Origin: Bigelowiella natans CCMP2755
Lineage: Eukaryota > Protista > Cercozoa
Length of the DNA: 64,000 nt
NCBI GenBank assembly: GCA_000320545.1
Contig: ADNK01000495.1
Location: forward strand, 30,103-94,102
Direction of reading: 5' to 3'
This document shows, one piece after another, positions 26,170-40,031 of the stretch. The position numbers were made by a program, and so were the translations under genes. Each line of letters begins with the position of its first letter. The stretch's first letter is position 1. The notes beneath the pieces were generated by a model. That model made no database searches, was not told the DNA's origin, and saw only the letters and a program-made list of their open reading frames with translations.

Positions 26170-27424
26170 CCTCCCTACTTTTTCATCTATTTATTTTACA
26201 ACAAGATTTCTCTCTTAGTGTCTTCGATCAATTTTGTCCATTACAACTTATGTAAGGGTTTGGAGACAAAGAAACAACCTACAATGGGAGCCCAGAAAGG
26301 AGGGAAGAAGAAGGGAGGCAGTGTCAAAAAGGGTAAGAAGATATTCTTTTTTAAGCTTTGGCCCATTGCTAAGGATCTATTGGTATTGATATCAGCGAAG
26401 AAACAGCGAGTAAAAGGCCAATTGAAAACCATTAATGAAATTGAGAATGGTAAGCAAAATGTGATTTTACGTGTGAATCCACCAAATCCATCTCATCCAC
26501 ATGCGCAGGGGACGAAAAAGCGGGGACGAGTACCATAATGATAAGTGGTTTGAATTTTGATGCAACTGAAGAAGATGTTAGGTTCTCACACAGCGTTTAC
26601 AGCAGAATTCCTTTTATTCATCTCACTAGTATTTTTGCATTATCAGAAATTTCTTCGGAGATGAGTGTGCAGTATCAATAGTTGATGTCTCTGTACCGTT
26701 GTACAAAGACGGTCCACGGTAGTGGTTGAACGTTACCATTCGTCGTTCATTTTAATTGATGAGACCCTCAACAGGAACCGCGGTGTGGCATTTGTAAAAG
26801 TCGACACAAACAAGAAGATGCACGAGATGATCCAGCAATTTGATAAGAAGGAGCTTATGGACAGGTTACACATCTTATAGAATACCGTTTAGCTCGCCAC
26901 TTACCCGCATATTGTTAGATATCTAGATCTGCGTGTGTCAACAGCCAAAAGGACGACAGGCGACGACAGTTATTTTGCGGTCGTTCAATCTCTCTCCCCT
27001 TGAAGCTTCTCAACTTTGAAATTCTGAAATAATGTACATCCCTCAGAAAGAGCTCAGCGAAAAACCTGAAATGTGCAGAACAGTTGGGGTTTTCAACCTG
27101 TGCTGGAAGGTTACGGAGGAAAAACTCGCAAAACATTTTAAGGTGGCACTGCATTCAAACGTCACAAGCTATCTATAACGTTTTCCTTGTTCAGGATTGT
27201 GGGGAAGTGTTTGCAACACGGATTGTGGAGAAAAATGGACGCTCCGCAGGATATGGATATGTGGAATTTGTTAGCATGAATTCTGTTGACAATGCTGTCG
27301 AGCTTACGGGGACCAAGATAAACAAAAGGCCTATACGGGTAATTGCTACTAGGGATGATCATTCGGTTATGATTTTAAAGTATACATTGTGCAGGTTGAC
27401 TATGCTCCTAATTGGAATGAGTAA
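25929..27424 (+). CDS. Nucleolin/Nsr1-like RNA-binding protein with two RRMs and a Lys-rich N-terminus
   Basis: RRM1 TIMISGLNFDATEEDVR|NFF...|NRGVAFVKV; RRM2 TVGVFNLCWKVTEEKL..HFK|DCGEV...GRSAGYGYVEF...INKRPIR|VDYA; TAA 27422-27424. Confidence 0.85.
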
Positions 27425-27599
27425 TGAAACAACACAACATGCCGCCACATTCGAGTTGCCAGTTCTGCTGCTATTGCTGATATTGAACTGGAAAGCAAAG
27501 TATTACTTTTGGATACTTCACCAACACTTAAATCTCGTCCTTCGCTTCGTAAACCTGTCCTTTACGTTACGAAGAATGATCATTATAATAATATGTGAC

Positions 27600-28620
27600 A
27601 CAAGTTAGACTTATTTGTCAATGCATGAAGCTGAGCTATATCGTATGCTGCGAGCGGGCAAGTACATCGATACGATGGCAATCTAGCAATGCCGCCATGC
27701 ATGTTTACATGCATGCTGCTATACAGGCGAACGGTCTGCTGTAATACGATCAGGCTAGCAACGTGCATATTACACAACATTAATTGAGACAATTACACGA
27801 CACAAATTACATGTACATGTAGCTAGACCTAATTATAAGACACATTACTGTTGCTGTCATTGCGCTGCTACACTACAGAACACCAGACTATGCTAGTATG
27901 AGACGGATGCAATGAAGTGTGTGATTGAATCTTTTGCATGGTTGCACACCAGACTACCATGCTGCATGTTTAGATGTGTGCATGACGTGAAAACATGAAC
28001 ATGCTCCAGTGCCTTGTGTGTGTGTGTGTGTGTGCGTGTGTGTGTGCCAAGCTATCTAGCTATAGCGCACAAGGCAGCAACAACTAGACAATGGTGGACT
28101 CATCTAGCAAACATGTGGCATGTGACTGCACATCTCATGACGGTGCAATGCGCGTATGTAGACCGGAGCTGTCGCAAAAATGCATGGCAACTAACCACAT
28201 CAATGTGTCATTAGCTGTTGCACATCAGACTGCGCACATCTGTGTCATGCTAGCCTGTGCAAGCTAGCATCCGCTGCGTGAGCTATGCTGCACACTGCCA
28301 TGTCAATCAATGTCATCCCCTGCGTGAGCTATGCTGCACACTGCCATGTCAATCAATGTCATCCCATCATCGATTGTTGTTACACAGCCATGTGAGCAGA
28401 ATGATACGATTGCCCAACAACTAGAACAAGTGCACAATGCGCATGCATGGTGTAGCGGTGTAGCGGTGTAGCGGACTACAATGCAGCCATCACCAGCGTA
28501 GACGAGCATGATAGTTAGCTAGATCATCAGGCAAGTATCGGGGGTGTAGCAGCGTAGTTGTTTCAGGTAGCGCGGTCAGGAGTGCTTGTACGATAAATAG
28601 ACCATCATGCTTACCCCTTT
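27600..28620. other. Decayed island between convergent RRM and GT25 genes
   Basis: catg/tgca/ctag-rich, with (TG)n and internal tandem duplications. Confidence 0.55.
28274..28365. repeat. Perfect 46-bp tandem duplication
   Basis: ctgcgtgagctatgctgcacactgccatgtcaatcaatgtcatccc occurs twice in tandem. Confidence 0.9.
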
Positions 28621-28850
28621 TTTACCCAGCATCATGCTATGTAATCCATATTTGTAGACATCTTTGTACATAGTTTGATTTATTCTTTTCAGCGACTTGC
28701 TTCAGCATAATGTTACTAGCGTAGTTAATGTCTTTGCACAAAACATATACCTTTCCTTGAATTCACTAGAATATTATTAACTACTATGTTGACACTAGAG
28801 AGCTCGAATAATTTCATGAGTCTCTAATATTATAAATCAACGGGGATATT

Positions 28851-29966
28851 TTAAAATTGTCCAGTTACAATAGCGTTCACCCAAGGCTCCCTTCTCTTAC
28901 AAACAACAGCCTTGTGATGTACGCACTCTGGGAGCCGATCGGTTGAATGGAGGCCGCTCTTTTGGTCATCCCTGTCTTGATTGAACATACGTGGAGACGT
29001 TGAGTAATATTTAAGAAGACCCTCCTGGGAAAGGGCACAACGGATACCATCTCCACTTGCTCGAATGGGACGTGTGTATTTAATCATGACTTCGGCGCCC
29101 TTCTTTGTCATGAAGTATGCGTGAGCACAGTAGGAGTTACAGGTTTCAACCAGATCGATTCCAGCCGTCTCATATGTTTTCATAATTTTAGAAGGACAAT
29201 CATCCCAACATCGACCCAAGTTGAGTCCCTGCCATCCCAGCTCGTCTGATGTCTGGCCCATAGTGTAAAGCACTTCCATAACATTGTTTGAATTCATTTC
29301 GGTCGAATTTATAGCCATAGCGAAAACGTCATCATCAATGGTAATATCATCCTCAAAGAAGAGACCGTGCTTGATAGCATCGTCATTCTTAAAGTACTCA
29401 AGAGCCAATGTGTGAGACTGACTCACTGCAACCTCGGCTGGAGTTATCTTATCGAGAGGAAGCTTGCCGTGTATCTGGGGGGGAAGAACATTTTAGCTAC
29501 CCAGAAACAAACAATGAACAATTTTACTCTTACCTCTCCCTGCACTTGGAGAAAACCCAAAGGGAGCTTAGGAATGTGAGCTCCTTCACCAATTATATCG
29601 AGCTCACCAACTCCAAGTTTCTCTCTTGCAAATTGGCGGACGTGTTGCTCGCGATCAGCAAGGGCAATGAAGTAGACTCCAAGATCCTTGTATCTTCCCA
29701 ACATACTATAAGTTGAAAAATGTCAATCGTTATTACTAGAAATTTAGTCAAGCAGTTGTCTTAATGCCCTCTCACTCAGGAAAGTGTTTCAATTACATCG
29801 AGACGAGATGATGAGTCTGGTTAACAGGAGCTTCACGTGCCTCGAGAAAGGATACGTGGTGAAAAGATGGCTCCTCTGGTGCAACACCGTTTAATATCCC
29901 CTGATTCCAAGTCGCCTGCACATTAAGTGCAATGGCCAGAGCGGTCAGAGCTACAACCGACGTCAT
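28851..29966 (-). CDS. Glycosyltransferase family 25-like protein with signal peptide (3 exons)
   Basis: MTSVVALTALAIALNVQA...|...VYFIALADREQHV...|...ITPAEVAVSQSHTLAL...GLFFEDD...LNLGRC...CAHAYFMTKKGA. E-x(5)-SH, FEDD and HAY fit the GT25 pattern. Confidence 0.7.
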
Positions 29967-30307
29967 TGAAGTTCGGGGGTAGGGACTGGGTTTTAATTGT
30001 GGGCCGAGTTGTAAGATTCGAGGTGTTTAAGGTTTTACTGCAACTGTAAACGCAATGCAATGTCTGCATTTTCACTGGAACGATAAACTTCACACATAGA
30101 TTGTATGTAAAATTGGCTAAGAGTTTCCGATATTGACAGAAAGACTGCCCATATAATTTCTGAAAGAGATAATATTTGTGGAGCCAATCATCCCGAAAAG
30201 TTGAACTAAATCATTGTCTTTATTAACAATTTTCCTCTCTTTTGGGAATATTTTCCTGCTGCGTGAGAAGAATGCAGCATACCGTATTAATTGGTACCAA
30301 GGACATC

Positions 30308-30360
30308 TATTTTAGGCTTTTGAAGGATTCTGAGTATTTTAGTCTTTTGAAGGATTTTAG
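30308..30360. repeat. 27-bp imperfect direct repeat in the divergent glycosyltransferase promoter
   Basis: tattttag(g/t)cttttgaaggatt at 30308 and 30335. Confidence 0.6.
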
Positions 30361-30866
30361 AAGGGAACAATCATTAAGAGACATTGAGAAATATTGAGAA
30401 ACAATTGTCGCTTCAATGCAAATGTAAGGCAATCCTGCAATCCTTCAATTTCAGCCTTGTAAAATGTGTTCGCCAACGCGACAACTAAGAACACCTAAAA
30501 GCAACAAGGAATCGCCAAAAATTTACATCTTGAAAAAATAGCGTTGGTATTTTCGAGTCCTGTATTATCAGTTGACAGCCCGTGCGAAAGTACGCAAATG
30601 AAATGGATTCCGAGGCTACGACAGGCAGAGAACACTTAATAGAGCGACTACGGCAACCCAATCACAGGACAGCTGCCCTTCCCTCCCTGCGAGATTTTCG
30701 AGTTTTTTAGATTGAAGTAGCTTTCCACAACGTACAGCATGCTGTTTATAGGAACCAAGTATTTCTTCATCCTCAAGGAGAATTCGAAAATTTTATTGTT
30801 ACCTGAGAGAGTTGACCATTTTTAACTTCCACTGCGAAATCAATATCTACCCATCTTCAGGGTACG

Positions 30867-31937
30867 ATGTCTCCACTGTACTTTCTCTCCTCGCTTATCC
30901 TTCTTCCTGGAATCCGAGCTACATGGGGAGAGGCGGAAGCCATGCCTAAGATGCTCAGTACACAGGTGTCTACTCCGTTGAGATTACTGATGTGCATCAC
31001 CGGCCAACGTGAAAGGCTTGAACTCAAAAGCAAAATTAGAAACTTCATTCAGCCCAATGTCAACAAAGGTCACATAGTTGATGTTATTACGATCCTGGAT
31101 GATAGGAAGAATGCTAAATTTGTCAACAAAGCTCCATCATCTCTGATCGAAACTGAAATGATGAACGACACATCACTCCTGATGCAGAGCGTCAATAACC
31201 TACATCAAGTATCTTATAGACAACCTGATAACCCGCTCCCAGTTTCATGGTACATCGAAGCTCTTGATAAATCTAACACAATGAATGAAACGGAGCGAAT
31301 GCAGGGTCATGTACGCCAATACCTGACTATGGAACAATGTTACGACGAAATGTTGACTCTTGAATTCAAGAACAGCAAGAGGTATGATGAAATATTCCGG
31401 TTGAGAGAGGACACTGTTTTGCTTGCTCCAATAAATCCACTGCACGAGCAAGCAATACCTGTTCCAGATTATCTTGTCAACGAATGTGATTGTTGGTATA
31501 ATGGCACCAACGACAAGGGGGCTCTAATGCTTCGCAGAGTCGCCAAAACCCACTTCCGTGGATTTCGAACAGCGCTGTACTTAGACAAGACCATTCTTGA
31601 TCCAACAGTAAGGATTCGGAATCCTGAGACATTTACATTGTCCATCCTACAGAAAGCGAAATTTGTCATAAAGAAAAGCATATATGATATGCCTGTGGTT
31701 CCAATTCGCACAGCGGCATCGGGTGTAGTATCGCAGGATTGCTTGCATGCTTTAGAGCAAGCCTGCTGGAAAAAATATTACGATAAGTATAAATCCGAGA
31801 CTCCTTATTGTGTAGAAATAGGGGAAGAATCCCCACAAATTCTAGAGCATTATCAAAATGCAAAAAAGGCAAAGCAGAAAAGGATTAAGAAGGCAGATGA
31901 AGAAAATACTGGACGACAACATAAATCAGATTCCTGA
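30867..31937 (+). CDS. Secretory-pathway protein, 356 aa, intronless; putative GT-A-like glycosyltransferase of an unnamed family
   Basis: Long ORF with a signal peptide; motifs LMCITGQRER, YDEIFRLREDT, GTNDK and NPETF. Function is inferred. Confidence 0.6.
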   Translation: MSPLYFLSSLILLPGIRATWGEAEAMPKMLSTQVSTPLRLLMCITGQRERLELKSKIRNFIQPNVNKGHIVDVITILDDRKNAKFVNKAPSSLIETEMMNDTSLLMQSVNNLHQVSYRQPDNPLPVSWYIEALDKSNTMNETERMQGHVRQYLTMEQCYDEMLTLEFKNSKRYDEIFRLREDTVLLAPINPLHEQAIPVPDYLVNECDCWYNGTNDKGALMLRRVAKTHFRGFRTALYLDKTILDPTVRIRNPETFTLSILQKAKFVIKKSIYDMPVVPIRTAASGVVSQDCLHALEQACWKKYYDKYKSETPYCVEIGEESPQILEHYQNAKKAKQKRIKKADEENTGRQHKSDS

Positions 31938-32049
31938 GATGCACACCGTTGAGTTTGTCATAATGCGCACATATATTTATATCAAAAATGACTGCGATAG
32001 GAAATATAAACAATAGCACATATCTTTGATATAGATTATCCTGTTAAGA

Positions 32050-32650
32050 TACACACGTACACCATACACACACACACACACACACATCGGCTACCACGTA
32101 CATAATAATGAACGGTTACGTCTAGAAATATGTATGTGTACCTATATATCACATACACACACTAGCTATATATACATCTAGTATACTAGACATGCATATG
32201 TGGCGAGTGACGAGCGAGAAGGCAATTATTGTTACATTGCACCAAATCCTAATACCTCTTTGCTGCGTACATGTAGCTATATGTGGCAAGTGCGTGTACG
32301 TACGATGATGTCTACATACTAGCATAGCACATGCTTGCTTTGTCCACACACGTACGTTATGCGTGTACAGCTTGTGCATGGTACGATGCATGTGTCTAGA
32401 TGTAAATGTACGTACGTACAGCAGTGCAGTGCAGAACCTACGCCACAACCAGATGCATGCACATGGCATTTAGTGCACGCACGTACGTCGCATGGATGTG
32501 TATGTCTTGCGCACGACAAATGGACCCAGCTAGAAAGCCACACACATCCAAATGTCATTTACAATTTTGCTTGTACAATGTAATACCTTATACTTTCATC
32601 TGTGAGTAATCCACACATGCACGATCCACATTTACACCAATCTTTTCAAT
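32050..32650. other. Decayed island between the convergent 356-aa gene and BRF1
   Basis: gtac/tgca/catg/ctag-rich; only spurious Cys/His ORFs. Confidence 0.55.
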
Positions 32651-32726
32651 TTTAGTGCCAAATATGAAACTAAGAATTATGACGCCCGAAAACAGTTTGC
32701 TGTGAATCTATGCGAAGATCCCAGCT

Positions 32727-34309
32727 TTATGAGCATAAGTCTTCCAAGGCCTGAATGAAAAAAATAATCACCAATCTACTAAAGTAACGTTTATGTATGC
32801 AACCTTTAAGTTAATCTTTTGTGCAATGTTCTTGTCCTGATGATAAAATGAGAATAAGTGCGCCAACGAAACAGTACAACCAGTAGAATTTCTACCTGAA
32901 CGGCGCTGAGGGCGGCATCATAAGGACTTGAGAAATCTGTTCGCTTCCTTTTTTTTCGTTTCTTGCGAGGTACCTTACTGCAGATATTGGATAGAGAATA
33001 ACGTTTCAAACCCTCGTTTTTAATCATAATTGTTTTGTTACCCAAGTTTCTTGGCCAGTTCCCTCTTTTCCTCTATTTCTCGGAGATGTCCATCATTTTG
33101 TTCGTGCCAAATCTTTCAGTGATAAACACAAACGTAAGTTCAAAACAAAGGCAGGAACTGTGCAATAAATTCTTCACCAAAAACACAGGCGACTCACCTT
33201 AGCCTTTTGTTTTGTTTCCTCCTCATTGAGAAGAAGAGTTTCTAATTCATCATCGTCAACATCTCCAAAGTCCGTGTCCTCAGTCTCAAGGTATTCCTGC
33301 CAGAGGGAAGTAAACACCCAGACGCTCTCATGCATTCTACCGAAATATGCCATTAGAGAATTTGTATCTTACGTTGAAGTCCCCATCCATGTAACCCTTC
33401 ACCACAGTCGAAATGTCACCGACAGGCGTTGAGGGAGTAGGGTCAGGGATGCTTCCTGGGAGTTTGTCAGATTTATCAAGTCCCTTTGTTTTACTGCTGG
33501 TTGGGGATGCAGCGGCGTTCTTCTCGTCAATTCGTTTCCGTTTTTCGAATGCGGGCGGGTTCATTGCAACCCCAGCTGAGATATCGCTATCAAGGAACTG
33601 TTCATATATTGCATCTCGAATGAGCTCGGATGAACTTCCATCTGTACAAAGTTTACGGGTAATGATGTCACAAAGAATAGAGTGACCTCCTTCACTGTGA
33701 GCTTGGCACTGGGTGTTTCCTCGAACTCTTTCAACCTCTTATTGACCTAGTAGTAGATGGACGAAGAAGAAATATGAGACGAGATGATAATAATACATGG
33801 GAGGAGGAAGGGCTAGAAAAAGAACATCGAAATACCGTCGCAGATGCTACGCCAACTACTTTTCGCACTTGGTCCAAAGATCTTTTGAACCCTGAACATG
33901 CAAGAGGAAGATGATGTTGAGGAGCTGTTGAGGATATTAGAGTATTAGAAGATGATGTTGAGGAGCTGATGAGGATATTAGAGTTGGAGGTAGTTACCGT
34001 GCATTCTACAAGCAATTATGAGAGCAGCGGCGCATATTCCGCTGAAGTTGGGTCATATTATGTCGGGAATAACAATTGTAACATAGAATTATTGTTGTTA
34101 CCTTGGCTTTCTGCCAACTGTCAGCCAATCCCGTTTCATGCGACCTAAAACAATACAGGACACCATCATTCCAAATTCTAAATTCGGATGATAGTATTGT
34201 AGAGATAGAAATACCGACGAGTTTGAGAGCGGAGAGAGCAACTTTATGTTCACTAACGTCCACAGAATTTAAGAGGGGGTTGGTTGTTTATAACATGGTG
34301 TGCAATATT

Positions 34310-34378
<69 letters not shown>

Positions 34379-35608
34379 TTATATGTGTATATTGTATATA
34401 TATATGTATATAAAATCTTTCTATATATGTAACTATGTATTATAATTTATGTTGCCATACTCTTCATTGAGTTCCAACTGGTGTGCGAATCTGATGAGTA
34501 TAGTCAAATCAAGGCAGTTCACCAAGCCTATATTACTTGTTTAGAAACAAAAAGTACACCACCTGTTGATGTATAGAGAAGGATCAATTTGTGGCAATTG
34601 GAGATGTAACACCTCCGTAAGCTTCATATAGCACTTCCCAAGCCTAAGGCCAACAATAATTGCATTGTTTATTATCACAAGGAGATCGATAAAAACACTA
34701 TCGTTGCAATCTCCAAACCCGTATATATTCCGTTGTAGCACCTCAGCGAAATCAAGCAACATGTGTGGGCTCTTCTCGCGCCTTGAACGAGAATACGATG
34801 AGTGTCATGTGAACAATATAAAAGTTCAAGGCTTGCGCACTACCTGCACGCAATATATAGACACGATCCACAGACGTCTTCCATACTGCGGCCTTGGATG
34901 AAATTCTGGTCAACGGCCAAACTTAGCAGTCGCACGGCAGCATCCACCTGAAAATACTGATCAGTTATGTGGGGGCAGGAAATGACAACACGAACTCAGA
35001 CCAGATTTCTAGAAAGCCTGAGAAGAGATGCGAGACCTAATCCCAAAGCAAAATTGGATTTTTCACTGATTTGCAACCAATACAAAGCGATGAAATTGAA
35101 TGCACCTTGCATTTTTTGCCTGCCCCTCTCGACGGTAACTTGCTTGGAATTAGAACCCCCCCTGAATCCACGACCCCCCGATCTACGAAATATACAGTCG
35201 TGTTACCAGAAGATCTTACAATAGTGAACGGCGCAAATCTCGCGAAAATCCACATTACGATGGTTTTGACAGAATAAGCGTCGTCTATGAGATGAGGATG
35301 ATGGGTTTACCTTCCAAGTCCGATTAATCCAGTGTTTGGGACATATGTACCAATTCGTGAAGATCTCCCTCCAGCCGTTGTAGCGAAGGAAGGGTCAGAA
35401 GAGATATTGCTTTCCTGATAAGAGGCTTCATTTCAACTTGCTGATGTCGAAATTTGAAGTACTGGCCCGAAGGACATCGGAAGGGGGGGGGGGGGGACAC
35501 CTGGATGAGAAAGCCGCACTGTGTACAAACCGTCTTTCCCTCGTCATCCTTTCTGAAGAGGTCAGGGCCCGCTTGGCACTGTGGGCAGGCCCTGACAGCG
35601 GATGTCAT
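32727..35608 (-). CDS. BRF1: TFIIIB subunit BRF1 (TFIIB-related factor), multi-exon
   Basis: Zn ribbon CPQC...VCTQCGFLIQ|ESNISSDPSF; cyclin folds NFIQGRS...CLYIACR, PHMLLDFAEVLQ, IDPSLYINR; NPPAF; C-terminal NIAQKINLK|ALEDLCS*. Confidence 0.92.
33907..33984. repeat. 41-bp tandem duplication, probably intronic in BRF1
   Basis: gaagatgatgttgaggagctg(t/a)tgaggatattagagt at 33907 and 33948. Confidence 0.8.
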
Positions 35609-36619
35609 GGTCACTGGAAGGGTATCCGAGAACCCTCTGGACGAGAGGGGTGAGAGTTGAAGGACGATCGATCTGGTATGGTAGGAAGTGTGCTCTTCTT
35701 CAGCAAAATATAACAACTACAACAACTAACTAGATCTAGATCTACGCTTGCTCTTTCTTCGCTCAGAAAAGTCAGAAAAAAAATATATATATATATATAT
35801 CATGTTGTTGCTCTGGCTGCTCTACAGACCCGCGAAAACTACCAGAGGAAAAGGACAAAAAGGAGGAAGAGATCTCCTAAGCCTGTGTCGTCCAATCCAA
35901 CGAGCAGGACTCAAAAACACCGGCGAAACTTCTGAGCTATGTGGGTGTTCGCCAATAGACCCAAATTATTAAGACTTACTATCCCAAATAGGAACTTCCA
36001 GGCCGACAATGATATTTTGTCTTTTGATTATACGACATGCTCTGTCGATATTATCTAAGAAAAAATTAGATCTATTTTTGAATTTTAAGAATTCTATATT
36101 GGACCAAAGTGGCTCTGACTTTCGTGGACGATATTTGATTATCTTAGGCTTTATTTAGCGGAATCATATTTGAGATTATCTTGAATTTTGTCTTTACGAC
36201 AACAAAATATCCATATCTCTGTTCTTATATGCCATTGATCTTAGATGATTCTTGTTAGCTTTTCTGCTCAATTCATCTGGAACAGTTCCGTCATTGCTCC
36301 TTCATCACCAGCTCGAGAGCCGAGCTCATTAGAGCTTTCTGTAATTCTCCCCTCTTTTCCATGCTTGTTTAAGAAGTAGGGAGTAGCTATCCCCAAAGAT
36401 ATGCCCTTATGTTGAACTTCGGTTTGCTACGAGAATGGCTGTGCTGAACTCTTAAAGCCCTCTCCATTCTCTTGTTAACTATTTGATTTGGGTAAAGGAA
36501 GTGCATGCAAACCATACTCATCATTTTCTGACCACATAAAAAGGTTCGAAGAGTTCTGGAACGGTGAAGATCCGAGCTTCGTTGGATCGTACACCTTTCA
36601 TAAAGGAAGCAAGTCCATC

Positions 36620-38640
36620 ATGGATCGAGAATATGATGAGAAATCCCCTGGTGCTGTGGGAGATATTTCCTCATCTGCCACATCTCCGCGGCAGAGCAGA
36701 GGAGGCGGGAAAAGGAGGCACAAAAGGGGAATGACCGCGAATCTGAAAAGCTCCTTGAAATCTGTGGACAGTGTTCCACTTATGGACACTAACCAAGCTC
36801 TTCATCTTCTTGATGTTCCAACTGATCTCGGTGATGTGCAGGGGGGGTTCGAGGGCGAAATCCAAGTCACATATTTGCAAGAGGTATGAAAATATGCTAG
36901 ATAAAATAATCGTATCATACAACGAAGGACTCCAATTTTGTAGAAGGGTGACCGTGACAGGATCGGAACCCTTAAGAGGGTTGCATGTCTGAATATTTTC
37001 ATCCAAATACGGACCTGAATCAGGATGAGAAGGGGTCCGAAGAGAGGACAATCGACTACAAGATGGATTCGAGACTCGGAAATTGGGAATCGCATCTCAA
37101 AACGATCCATGGAAAATTCAACATTACGGGATCGCCTCCATCACACTTCATCCTTGAATATATTGGTATTGGCATGTCTAGCAACTGCAATAGATTGGTT
37201 AAGCTGACGTGGGTATTGGTTGATCAGACGAAAATAAGAAGAGAAAGATCATCACTGAAAAGGAGATCGGCGAGGGCTTCAGACTCGATGGTCACAAGTT
37301 CAATTTTGCCAACCAAGAGAAAGCAGCAGAGAAATCTGTAGCCCGATTACGGTCAATAGTAGGTACATCGAATTGGTTAATGTTGTGGAAAAGTATTAGA
37401 ATTTGACATGTCCTGTTGAACATGCAGACAAGGTTTCGCAGTCCGAGACCAACGGAAAACTTAAAGACGCGAAAGATGCACTGTGGTTCAGGGAGTTTGA
37501 ATCAGAGCTTCAGGGCGAAATTTTCACCAATACGTTCGTCAAGCAGGATGGCATGCAATTGCTGTTTTCCTTTATGGATCAATCGTCAAGGTTTTTACTT
37601 GCGCATACTATGCTAAAGATTTTCTACATGTTGGCATATCTCACCAGCTATCTTTGTTATTCAGTGCCAACGTCACAAAGATGGCAGTCAATTGTCTCTA
37701 TGCAGCTTGCGAGTTCCCATCTCCTTTAGAATATATTCAGAAGACAGAGGGAGCTGTCGAGTCGCTATACACGTAAGATTCTTGAAGTTATTAGTGGTCT
37801 GTTACATAATTAATAATTGGCCCTGCTTTCCAAGATTGATTTATAAGGATTCGCTGAAGCTTTGCAACGCGGTGGTGGAATTCATGTTCCTTCTAGCCGC
37901 CAAAGAAGGATTCGAGTTTGTCCATAATGCCATTACGAAAGTGGATGTGGAACTTGAGAAAAATCCATATCAGGTAAAAAAAAACAACTTTGTACAAAGG
38001 AGTCTTGCATTGCCCTGAGAATCCCCCCCTCTGGTTTCGCCTACACCTTAGCGAATCGTCGAGTGTTTCCAGAACAACAAGGATATAGATTTGAACCAAA
38101 ACGCTCTCGTATTCTGCAACATTATGCTTCAGGAAGCCAAGTAAGAAGCAAATTAAAATAATCCCATCCTCTTTTGAAATACATTTTTCATGTATCGAAA
38201 TTGTCATCGCAGCGATGCAGGGGTGCATGAAATGATACAGTGGACATTGTAAGTTGAACAGAATGAATATATTTGTCAGTGATGAGCAAAAAGAACAGTT
38301 TCTCGGGCTTTTGGATGCAGTAGACCTACAAAATTATATGAACGAGTGTAAAACAACAACAGAGACGTATATCAATAACTTGGACCAATTCAGGGTCATC
38401 TCAGGTAGCCCTCATCCTTTCCTTCACGAATATGAAGCGAAGTAAATTTGTTGTGTTTCACATATAATATCTATCTCTACAGGCCGCCCTGTCCCGGCAC
38501 AATATGGTCACATCGCAGCATTAACGAGATTCCTAATGAATGCAAACAAGATCATTGCGAAGCAATTGGTATTTCCCTTTTAAAACCTTGATATTCTCAG
38601 CGAGCAGTGTATACGCACGTATCAAGCATCTAAATTCTCT

Positions 38641-38686
<46 letters not shown>

Positions 38687-38775
38687 GAACAAAAACAGGA
38701 TTGCATGAGACGTGAGGTCGCAGTGAAAGTTGCCTCAGAGCACCTAGATAGGTCTGTATTACACACACATATATA

Positions 38776-38849
<74 letters not shown>

Positions 38850-38885
38850 ATAATATTTTCATTACCTTTCCCCCCTCCCAGATAT

Positions 38886-38929
<44 letters not shown>

Positions 38930-39988
38930 GTCCTCGAGATAGAAAGTTGAGCTTAGGCAAAAGTGGGTGGTTGTGGACAACCTTTTAAATTCTGAATATG
39001 TTGCTCTTATTGTAGGATGAAAAAGGCCATTCGCGAGGCAGAGGCAAATAATCTCATCCCTGATTTTATCAAAAAAGATGAGCAGGTTGGCGCTCGCAAT
39101 TTGATATAGTATCAGTGAAATATTTATTACGAGTGATACAGACGTAGGGGACTCTTATCCTCATATGTACTTCCGCGTGTAGTCTGGTTATTCTGAGAAG
39201 AAGCACAACAAATTGTTTTAATTTGCCCAATATTAACTACTACCACTGCTACTACTACTGCTACTGCTACTGCTAAACCCTCCCTGGTGCTTAGGTCCAG
39301 CCCCTAATTGACATGGCATACGATCGGCAAACATTGGCGAAACGCCATCAAAAGGAATACAACTTGGAAAGGAGTCGAATGGATGCGGAGAAGAAAGAGG
39401 TGCTTTCATGTCAACATCATGTTCTGCTGTCGGGCGTCTTTTTGCGGGGTGGTAGCGATTAGAGCAGCCATGCAGCTACAGTCTATCTTTTGTTATTATT
39501 ATTATTTCTGCTTCTTCTTTTCCTTTTTTACCCACCCACCACAAAGAAACTTAGTACAGATGTCTCAAACATTCTTTAGCAGTTTCACTGCGTTATTTGG
39601 CTGAATACTATTATGATTATTATCTTTCAATCTGCTACTACTAGATGGAAGAGAAGACCGACGCCGCACACAGCAATATTGTCAACAACACTTTGAAGAT
39701 TGATGAGCTCCAGGCCCAGTTGAATGGCATAGACACTAAATTTGCATCGTTGGCCAGCGAGGTTCCTTGCAGTGCTGCGTTGCTGCATTAGTTAGTGCAC
39801 AAATAAACATGCCTAGCATGCTGATACGAACTCTCATGCTTACCTTCGGTCCATGCGTTAGTGATTGGAATGTGCATACTATATCATCCAGAGGAAAAGT
39901 ATATCTTCTTCGGGCAATGACGAGAATGGCAGCATAGGACCAATTAGGAAGCAAATCGAAGAGCTAACGACCAAAATAAAGGTAAGAA

Positions 39989-40031
<43 letters not shown>

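Noticed and set aside
28274-28365. Direct repeats as a CRISPR array
   Set aside because: Two adjacent copies with no spacer, in a eukaryotic context with no cas genes.
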